64,000 nt of DNA from positions 8,814 through 72,813 of IMG/VR virus record IMGVR_UViG_3300047353_000337; one strand, written 5' to 3'. Of this stretch, positions 10,501-22,500 are shown piece by piece; position 1 is the first letter of the stretch, and each line of letters starts with the position of its first letter. The stretch comes from a virus. The position numbers and the translations under genes are program-made. The notes beneath the pieces are model-generated. The model saw only the letters and a program-made list of their open reading frames with translations, was not told the DNA's origin and made no database searches.

Positions 10501-13500
10501 TCCAGAAATATTTTTAGACGACACTTATATTAAAACACCAACAGACGTAACAGGTCCTTATAAAATATATGGCAGAGATGAAACAACAACACTGTCTTAT
10601 AAAGGAAAAGTTGGTTGGTTCTATCCGTTATACACTGATGAAGTATCAGCACAACAAGCAGATATTGCCGCAAGCGGAAACGGCACAGCCCATGTTCATA
10701 TATTTGCAGGAAGTAATAAATTATTTTACATGCCAAACGGCACAATGAATCATGCTACTAATGACAGTCAACTATATTCTGAATATGAAGGTGCAAGAGC
10801 AATGCTACAAGGACATGACGGATCTTTGTGGAGATGCTTTGGAGACTTTAGAGACAATTTGTTATTAGATCTTGAAAAAAGAATTTATAATAATTTAAAA
10901 CTTCCTTATAACGAAAATATTTTTAATATTGCAGACTATGTCTCTAGTAAAAATAGAAATACTGGATTTACTAGAAGACAAGTTTCTAAAACAATGATTT
11001 CAGAATTTAACAGTTGGTTAGAAACTGTTGGTAGCCCAGACTATGTATCTAATACAGTTTATAGAGCTGGTGACGGATTTACATATAACTATGCATCAGC
11101 AGGAGATCCTAACAACAACCCTCTAACAGGTTTTTGGAGATCAATTTACAAAGACTTTTATAACACAGATAGACCACACAGTCATCCGTGGGAAATACTT
11201 GGCTTCAAAGAAAAGCCAATTTGGTTTGATTCTGAGTATGGTTCAGCACCTTATACTAGTAGTAACTTATTACTTTGGGAAGATTTATCCAAAGGTATTG
11301 TAAGAGGTGTAGAAGGTTCAAAAGTAACATATAGAAACAAGTTTAAAAACGAAGATATTTACAAGTATATTCCGGTTGATGCTAACGGAAACTTATTAGC
11401 ACCAAGTGCAACAGGTTATGCTGTAGGGAATGTTCCTACTACTAATGGTAACGAATTTGCATTTGGCGATGAAGGTCCTGTAGAAACAGCATGGCGTAGA
11501 AGTTCACACTACCCATTTAGTTTAATGATATCGTGGGCATTAAATCAACCAGCACAGTTTTTTGGATTAGCGTTTGATCGCAGTAGAATTGTACGTAATG
11601 GAGCTGACCAATTAGTTTATAAAGATACAAGTAAGCGTATCGAATTAAACAAATTAGTATTTCCAAATAGTGCAACAGATTCAGCAAGAGTATTTACAGC
11701 AGGTATTGTAAATTACATGCAAGGATATTTAATTGACAACGATACGCTCAAATTTAATGAATATACAAAGAGTTTAAAAGTAGTTGAAAACAAACTAGGA
11801 TCTAAAATTGGCGGGTTTACACAAAAGTCAAAATTTAAATTAATATTAGACTCAAGAACACCAACAAATGAAGGCAATGTTTTTGTACCAGAAGAAAATT
11901 ATAAAATACATTTAACTAAAAGTATTCCTTTAAATGTATATTCCTATAGTGGAGTTATAATTGAAATAGCTCCTGGAGGATATATTCTAAAAGGGTATGA
12001 TAAAGATAATCCAGTATTTAAATATTATCCTGTTAGAAGAAAAAACAGTGATGTAGTAATTAATGTTGGAGGAGTTAGTGAAAATTTCCTAACCTGGACA
12101 ACAGGAAAAACATATCAAGTAGGACAGATTGTTGAAATATCTGATTCTTATTATAGAGTTAAAATTTCGCATACAGCAGGTAATGCATTTAATCAAGATA
12201 ATTTTCAAAAATTAGCTGAACTACCAGAAGAAGGTGGAGCAACAGCATATGTATCAACTAACTTTGAACCAGAACTACAAGAAATGCAATACGGAACATT
12301 GGTCAGAGAAAAACAAGATGTAGTTGATCTATTACTTGGGTATCAACGATATTTAACTAGTGTAGGTTTCAAATTTGATAATTTTAATCAAGAGATTGAA
12401 GAAATTGAAAATTGGGTACTAAGTGCAAAAGAATTCTTATTCTGGACTACGCAGGCTTGGGATAGCGGAACTATTCTTACACTAAGTCCAAGTGCAAGAC
12501 AAATTGAATTTGCAAAAGAATATACTGTTGTTGACGACATATACGATAATTTTTATGATTACAGTTTATTAAAAGCAGACGGTAAACGATTGCTTGCAGA
12601 TTTTGCAACAACTGAGCGTGATAATACAAATGATTTTGGAATCTTTGTAAGAAATACAAATGATGGAATATATCATCTTAAGATTCCTGTAGTACAGCAC
12701 GAACATGCAATTATTATTGATAATAATACTATCTTTGGCGATGTAATTTATAATAGAGCTCAAGGTTACAGACAAGAAAGAATAAAAGTAAAAGGATATC
12801 GTTCAGATGAATGGAATGGCTCATATAATATTCCAGGATTTATTTTTGATGATGCAACACCAACTGAATGGACTTCTTGGCAAGATTACTCAATTGGAGC
12901 ATTAGTAAAGTACAAACAATTTTATTATGTTGCTCCAAAAAATATAACTGGAACAGAAAAGTTTGTAGATTCAAACTGGGTAAGATTAAACGAAAAACCA
13001 GAACAGCAGTTATTACCTAACTTTGATTATAAAGCAAGACAGTTTGCAGATTTTTACGATCTTGATTCTGATAATTTTGATATAGAACAGCAAAAGTTAG
13101 CACAACATCTAACAGGATATCAAAAACGTAAGTATCTTGAAAATATTATTAACGATGATATAAGTCAGTATAAATTTTATCAAGGTGCTATACAAGATAA
13201 AGGAACAAGAAATGTCCTTACAAAACTTTTTGATAAATTAGGAAGTGCTAATAAAGATAGTTTAGAATTTTATGAAGAATGGGCTGTACGTGTAGGACGT
13301 TATGGAGCAACAACTGGTGACGAACAGTTTGATCTTATTCTCGATGAAGAAAAATATAGACAAGAACCACAACTAATTGAACTAGTTGATGCAATTAATC
13401 CACAAGATACAAGTTTAATTTATAGATTAGATAGAAATGGAGTATATGTTACACCAGATAACTATGATCATAAACCTTTACCAACAAAATATTTCAATGA

Positions 13501-16500
13501 TGACAACAGTTATACTAAGTCAGCAGGTTACGTAAATCCTTTAGATGTTACAGCGTCATTAGTATCCTATGATGCTATTTTAGATCAGACTTTGTATGCT
13601 TCAGGTAGTTATATTTGGACTGCCACAGATAAAAGCCAACAAACATGGGGAGTGTATAAAACCCAATCAACAGATTATCGAATTACAGCAGTAACTGAAA
13701 GCCAACAAAATATATTTACAGTTACTTTAGATAAACAGGCTAATTTTACAAAAGGTGATATTATTGGTATCCATGATATATCAGATGCAACTAACGGATA
13801 TTATAAAGTTGACAGTACTGAGCTTAATGTTGTTAAACTAGCATCAGTTGAAGGCGAAGATGTTGAAGCAACAGAAGCTGATGCAGAAGTAAACGGCTTT
13901 ATTACTGAACTTAAAAAAGCAAGACTATCTACACTATCACTTGCTAACGATAGTATTAAAAAAGATCCAAACAATTTGTTTAGTTTAACCGGAAATAATA
14001 ATGCAACTAATACAATTTGGGTTGACGATGACGACACTGGTAAATGGATTGTACTTAAGAATAGACAAGTTTTTGAATTAAAACCTAATATTATTAATAC
14101 TGCGGCAGGATTGCTAGACTCAACTGAAAAAGATTTTGGTAGTGCATTTAGTGTATCAAAGAATAATAACCGTATTGCAATTACTGCGCCTAAAGATTTA
14201 AATGGTAGTGTTTACGTTTATCAAAGACCTAGCGACAATACTGAATTTGGATTCTTACAACAAATTGACGAACAACTATTTTTGTTTGATTCAAATGGCG
14301 GATTTGGTCAAAGTGTTGCAATGAGTCCAGATGGCAAGTATCTTGCAATTGGTTCACCGCATGCTTCAAATGTTAAAAGTAAATTAAAGGGTGACTTTGA
14401 AAATAATATTTCTTACTTACAAAATGATATTGTACTATATTCAAGTCAGTTATGGAAAGCGGCAAGAAATATTGAAGCTGATGCATTACAGTTATACCAA
14501 AATCATTCATCCAATGCTCAAGCTAAAGGGAATGATTATATAAGCGATACTCAAAGCTATCCAGAAATTGAATATATTGTACGAGGTGATTATACATTAG
14601 GCGCTAATTCAGATACAGATCATATTTTAGTTAGAGCAGAAAAAGAACAGTTTGAAGGAACTAAGATAGGTGATATATTAACCCTTAAATGGAATCAGTA
14701 TACAGCAACAAATCTTGCAGGTAACTTACCATTTAACAACGATAGTACACTTACTCAAACATTATTAAATGGACAACACACTATTGCTAATAAAGTACAA
14801 CACATTGTACATATTCAAAGTGCATTAAGTGTTCCCGACGCTGGCACAGAAATTACTACAGATACTTGTAGAGCAACATTAGCCTATAGAAGAACTAATG
14901 ATGAAAACGAGATGCAAGTTTATATTAAAAATGTAAACGGAGCATTTACAGGATCAGGTTCAATATATGCAAATGGCATTCTAGTTGGAGAATATGAAGA
15001 AGTACTTCAAATTACTGATGATTATCATACAGGTTGGTGGTATATTGATGTTGGTTCATCATTTAATTCAACAGAGCTTACAGAGAAAAATGCAAATCTA
15101 GTAATACAAAATATTACACTAGAAGGTAATGTAGTTAACGATCCTTACTTTAGTAATATTTTAGATACTAAACAACTACAAAATATTCTTAATCCAACTA
15201 AAGTTTCGGAGTTAGGAATACTATCTCATACACAAGGACAAAGTAATGTACAAGTGCTTGATAGTAAGTGGTGGATTAGAACACCGTTAGTTCACGGAAA
15301 CAGTATTAGTGTAGGTGATAAAACAAGAGTTTGGTTAAATGACATTCGTGTTAACGGAGTAGTACAAGATCCAACTGCTATTGGATTAACATCAACTTAT
15401 ATTAATGATACAGAGCATACTGTAATTGATGTATGGAATGGTTATGTAGAAGTTAGATTAACAAACTTTGATTTGAACGGTGATCCGTTTATTCCAAATG
15501 TTGGAGATACTCTAACAGATACTGCAACAGGATCAACAGCTGAAATTGCATATATTGAAAGATCGTTTGCTACAGCAAAAATTTATGTTAAAAATAGAAA
15601 CGGCACTTGGGCAGTAGGATCAGACTTTGGTACAAATTCAAATGCAACATTTATTGAAAATGATTCAACTGTAAGAACTATTGGTCCTATTAATTCAGCA
15701 CACATGGAAAATAGTATTTCAGGACCATTATTAATATTAGATACAGCAACAAATATTCCTGTAGTAATTGGAGGCGCAAATTATTTAAGAGACTTAGAGT
15801 ACTGGATTTATTCTTCCAACAGTATTGCAGGTATTACAGATACTGCTAATCCGCCATCAAATCTTAACTTAGATTGGACAAGAGTATATAACCTTCCTGT
15901 TGTTGCAGAAGGTTATGAAACAGGGTTAAATGAGCAAGGTACATTTGCAATTTACGAAATAAAAGGTGTTACGTATAGTCTTATTAATTACTTTACGGTT
16001 CCTAACAGTGCTAACAATAGAAAATTAGGAACAAAATTAAGATTTGTACAACCAAATTCAGATAGTTATAAACTTTATATTCATGCAGAAGGTGATGCAA
16101 CAGAAGAAAATCAAGGTAGAATATATTTTGTAAATAAAAATTCTACAGAAGATTGGGCATTATCTGTACAGAAAAATTATAGAGGAACCTTTAGGACTTC
16201 AGCAACTTATTTTGAAAACGAATATGTTAGATTTGGAGAAACAGTATATAAAGCAAATACTAATTTAATCCCAGGAACATTTAATGTTAGTCAATGGACT
16301 GCACAAACTACTGGACTAGATTTATTAGGATATGTGCCTAACGATACAAACTTCTCGTTAGTTGAAAGTACACTTGATCAAAACAATCTTGAAGCATTTG
16401 GTACAGACTTTGATGTTAATGCTAATGGTCAAGTATTAGTTGCTAATTCAATGTATACAAGTGTATATGAAATTGAATCAGGCGATGCAGTAATAGGATT

Positions 16501-19500
16501 AGATAGTAGTATTGCAAATAGAAAAGTTGTAGTATACAGACTTAATGATTCAAGTTATGAATATTCGCAAATACTAGAACCTTTTAATCAAACAGAAGAC
16601 TTTGGTACTAGTATTGCAGTTTCAGAAGATGGTACTAAAATTGCTGTTGGCGCTCCGTTAAACAGTGAGATAGAATCTAACGCTGGAGCAGTATACATTT
16701 ACACACAAAATGGAACAACATTTAGTTACAGTCAAACTATTCGTCCTGTAACAATTCAACCTAACTCACAGTTTGGGTTTAAGTTAGATTTTGACGGCAA
16801 TACACTTGCAGTCACATCAAGAGGCGGCGATATTGTTACAGCAACAACGTTTGATGCTAATTCTACTTCATTAGATAATGCTTCAACAGCATTTAAAGTT
16901 ACTGATAGAGGAAGCGGAGTTGTAGGTTTATACGAAACAGTTAACAACACGTTATTATACAGCCAAGACTTTGCATACAATTTAGACACACAAGACTTTG
17001 GTAATAGAATGCTTGTAAATAATAATCATGTTTATATTGGATTACCTAAACAGCAAATACCAAATAGTAGTGTAATTGATAAAGGCTTAGTTGCCGAATA
17101 TAGAAAACCATTAAACACAGAATCTTGGGCAATTACAAGACAACCAGTATTACCAGTAGATACTAGTAAGTTTAAAGGCGTGTACTTGTATAATGTAACT
17201 GATAATAGTTTAATTACTTACTTAGATTATATTGATCCTATTCAAGGAAAGATTGCAGGTCCAGCAGAACAAGAGTTAACTTTCAAAACAAGTTATGACC
17301 CGGCAAGGTATTCAAATACTACTACAGATTCTGGTATAACTGCACATCCTTTAGATTACACAAGTGATAAATGGATTGGTAAGTTATGGTGGGATATCGA
17401 TAGTGCTAAATTTATTAATCATCATCAAGGTGATATTACAGAATCGACTGCTACGTTTAATAAACTATTTGCAGGAACAACAGTAGATGTTTATGAATGG
17501 GTAGAATCTACTTTATTACCAAGTGCATGGGACGCTCAGACAGATGACGAAACTGCACTTGATCAAGGTATTAGTGGAACTACATTATATGGCGACGGAG
17601 CATATAGCGTTAGAAGAAAATTTGATACAGTATCACAAACATTTACAACTTATTATTATTATTGGGTATTGAACAAAGCAACACTACCAAATGTAGAAAA
17701 TAGATTGCTAAGTGCATCTAATGTAACAAGATTAATTTCAGATCCTGCAGGATTAGGTTATAAATTTGTTGCTATGTTAGGATCTAATAGATATGCACTA
17801 CATAACTGTGAATCTTTTATTAATAATAGAGATACTGCAATCAGTTTTAATTGGTGGACAATTGAAAACCAACAACAGCAAACACACCTTCAATATCAAT
17901 TAATTACCGACGGATTAGATACAAGTGTACCTAATAGCGAAATTGAACAAAAATGGTTTGATAGTTTAGTTGGATTTGATAAAAATGATAGACCAGTACC
18001 GGATATTAATTTACCAGTCAAAGAGAAATACGGTTCATTAAACGAGCCAAGACAAAGTTGGTTTGTTAATAGAACAGAAGCACGTAAACAGTTTGTTGAA
18101 AGAACAAATAATTCACTAAGCAAAAATTTAATTGTTGATGATTTTGACTTAACTAAATTAACAGGGTTTGATCCTCAACCTACAGTGGCAACAGGATTAT
18201 ATGATACAACTTCAGACAGTTATGCTGAAATTAGATTTGTTAGTGTTGCTAGAGTTAAACCTGCTAGTTTAACACTAGAAGTTGAAAACGGTGTAATTAT
18301 TAATGTGTTAATTAATGATGCAGGCGCAGGATATATTAATGTTCCTACATACAAAATTACAGATACCGGCGGTAGTGGTTGTGTATTAGAATTTACACTT
18401 GATGCTAATGGCGCAATATCAGATGTTACTATTGTTAATGGCGGTAGAGATTATACAAGTAGTGTAGCAGTTACCATTAGAAAATTTGCAGTACTTGTTA
18501 AGAGTGACGAAACTATTGGCGGCAAATGGAGTGTGTATCAATGGGACGGCACAGAATATTTAAGAACACTAACGCAAAGTTATGATATTAATTTATATTG
18601 GAATTATGTTGATTGGTACTCACCAGGATATAATCAGTTTACATTTATAAATCATACTATTGATTCTAGTTTCCAAATTTATGCACTTGATGATCAAATT
18701 GATGATATTATTAAAATTAATAATGTTGGTACAGGTGGTTGGTTATTACTAAGAAAAATTAGTAATGCAGATACACAAGATTACACATTAAGTTATCAAA
18801 CTATTGGTAGAGAAAATGGAACTATTGCATTTAAAAATAGTCTTTATGATGTTAATGCAAGTAATACAGCATTTGACGGCGCAAGTTTTGATAAAATCTT
18901 TTATGACACAGAGCCAAACACAGAATTTAGAAAAATACTTGAAATTCTAAAATCAGATATTTTTGTAGATAATCTTTCAATTTACTGGAATGAATTATTT
19001 TTTGCAGGGATACGTTATGTATTCTCAGAGCAACCAAATGTTGATTGGGTATTTAAAACAAGTTTTGTAAAAGCCAAACATAATATTGGCGAGCTACAAC
19101 AAAAAGTTACCTTCCAAAACGACAGTTTACCTAGTTACCAAAAATATGTTGAAGAAATGAAACCTTACAAAACTAAGATTAGAGAATATTTAAGTTCTTA
19201 TGAAAAGGTTGATCCAGCAAGTAATGTTATAACAGATTTTGATCTTTCACCGTTCTATAGCGACTCAGAAGGAAAGATTATACCGCAAGATGTTAAAATT
19301 ATTAACGGAGAAATTTCTGTAGGCGATGCAAACGTTTTGACATACCCAGGAAAGCACTGGATAGATACTGTTGGATTTGAAGTTATATCTTTTAATATTG
19401 CTGACGCAGGACAAGGATATACAGTTGCACCTAAGATTATTATTACCGGCGGCGGCGGCACAGGCGCAACAGCAGAAGCATTTATTGGTACTAATGGTAA

Positions 19501-22500
19501 AGTAACAAGTGTGAAAGTTACAAATACAGGTAGTGGTTATTTAACAAGTCCTACTGTACAAATTATAGGATCATTTGGCGACACTGGTACAGTTGCTAGA
19601 TTAAGTCCTGTACTTGGCAAAGGTAAAGCAAGATCTGCACACATTAGATGTAAATTTGATAGAGTTACAGGAAATTACTTATTCCAAACACTTATTGAAA
19701 CTGAAACATTTACTTCAACTATTGATCAACAGATATTTAATTTAAAATGGCCAGTACAACTAAAAGCAACTGAAATTAAAGTTACAGTTGATGGACTAGA
19801 AGCATTGCGTAGTGAGTATGCATTTAGTAATGTTGAAGATACTACTAAAGGTTATACACGAACTTCAGGACGTATTACATTTACTAATGCACTTGCAGTA
19901 GGTAAAACAGTCGTTATTACATACAATAAAGCACCTGAACTACTACAAGCACAAGATAGAATTAATTTGTACTACAATCCAACTACTGGAATGTACGGAA
20001 ACGATCTTGGACAGTTAATAGAAGGCATTGATTACGGCGGAGTAGAAGTAAGTAGCTTTAACTTTGGTACAGGTAGTGGTTGGGATTCAGATGAATGGTT
20101 TACAACAACTTACGATACATTTGATACTACATTTGAAGATGAAATTTTCCAGATTGGTGATGATAGTACACGAGTATTAAATTTTGCTAGTCCATTAGTT
20201 TCAGGAACTATTTACAATGTTTATAAAAACGGTGTAAGAATTGATGATCCTAATTACGGAACAGCAAGTCAAAAAAATGTTAATGCTAAAATAACAAGTA
20301 TTACAGGCGCCGGACAAACAGGTGTTGCATTATATGACGATGCTGGTGATTTAGCAAGTAGTATAATTGTACTTAATGAAGAAGATATTCCAACAGGGTC
20401 TGGAGATATACTTGTATTTAGAAAAACTACTTCAGACGGAGCGTTTTTACCAGATCCAAGATCATATGATACTGTATTAACAGGCGGCGACTTAGCATTT
20501 AGCACAGCAAGAGGTATCAACCCAGAAGAGATTATTATCGATGGTGATGACTTTATAAGTCCAACAACATCAAAAGGTCCTGAGGAACAAGTTCCAGGTC
20601 AAGTTTTAGACACAGTAAACATCAGAGTATTCCATAGACCAAAAGATGGCGGCAGTATATTATCAAGTAATTCTTATAGAACAGATGGTATAATAGGATC
20701 TTATAACTTTGGTATCCAACCACAGAATAAAGACGGTTTAATTGTTAAAATTGGTGATGTAATACAATCTCAATCGTTGTACACTGTAGACTATAGAACT
20801 AAAACGGTTAAGTTTAATACAGTGCCTAACATAAACCAAGATGTAAATATTTTATCAATTAGCGGTAACGGTAAAAACTCTTTAGAGCAAAATGAGTTTA
20901 GAGGTGATGGTAGTACACTTGCTTATGTAACTAAAATACATTATGATAAAAAGTTAGATTTTTATGCTACAGTTAACGGTGAACTAGTTGAATCAGTATT
21001 AGCGTCAAGTGGTGATAGTACTGAAAAAGATCCAAAAGCAATGATTGTATTTGGTAGCCCACCACCAGATAATAGTATAATCAATTTTGCAATTTATACA
21101 GCAGTAGACTCGTTTAGTAAAATAGAAACATCAGAATTTGTAGGTGACGGAAGTACTAAGGTATTTACACTAGCAAAAACTCCGTATAGTGCAAAACCAA
21201 ATAGTCATAATGTGATTGTTAAACAAGGAAATAAAATTTTAAATCCTGGATACAATCAACAGTTTCCAATAACAGCATTACAAAGAGAATATTACTTAGA
21301 AATATGGCAAACGCCAATTGGTAGTTTTGATAACTCGGACTTATTAGTATTGCTTAACGGTGTAGAACTTACTATTGCAGTTGAGTATAATATACGTCCT
21401 GCAAACAGTAGTGTTATACTTGAGCCAGGAATTGGAGCTGAAGGTGATATTTTGGAAGTTTACTTACGCACTGACGGTGAGTATGCGTTTGGTGATATAC
21501 AAGTTATTAACAATCAAAATACTTGGGTAGACAGCGGAGCAAACTTACAATTAATTACAGCACCAGCTGAAGGCGAAAAACTTACTGTTTATACATTTAA
21601 CAAACATGATAGTATGGACTTTGAAAGACAGAACTTTGATGTTGTTGCAAGAAGTGTAATTTCTGTAGGTACAGAAGACCACATACAGTTTAATCATATC
21701 AAAGCAGGGCTAGTTAAATTAAGATATCCTGCAATCGATGCACAATATGTTTGGTTAACTATTAATGGTATACTACAAACACCAAGTGTTGATTACAAAC
21801 TAACAGATGATAGAAACTTTGTAAAATATAACGGATCATTTGCAGATAATGATGTAGTTGAAGTTATACAATTTAGCTCTCAAGGAGAAATTACTCCTAA
21901 GTTTGGATTTAGTCAGTTTAAAGATATTTTAAATAGAAACATTTATAAACGACTTGGAGATGTTGCACCACTTAAACTTGCAAAAGATTTAGCAACATTT
22001 GACAAAGAAATATTCTTAGATGATGCAAGTAATCTAAGCCAGCCTGATAAGAATAGTAGTATTCCGGGTATTTTGTTTATTAATGGAGAACGCATTGAAT
22101 ACTTGATTAAACAAGGCAATGTGTTGCGTCAAATACAAAGAGGAACATTAGGAACTGGTGTTGCAAGTATACACGAAGCAGGTAGTGATGTATACAATCA
22201 AGGCCCAATACAAACAGCACCATATATGGATCAAACTATTGTAGATGAACAAATAGGTGACGGATCAACAACAGTATTTCCATTAGCATTTACTCCTAAA
22301 AGCGTAAATGAGTTTGAAGTATTTGTTGCAGGCAAAAGATTACGTAAAAACGCAGTACAAGTGTTTAATCCAGCATTAGATCAAGATTCACCCGAAGCTG
22401 ATGAAACAGCACTAGCTGAGTTTTCAGTAGATGGTACAACAGCAAGTGTAACTCTGTTAAATACACCAGTAGTGAATGCTAACATAAAAATTGTCAGAAG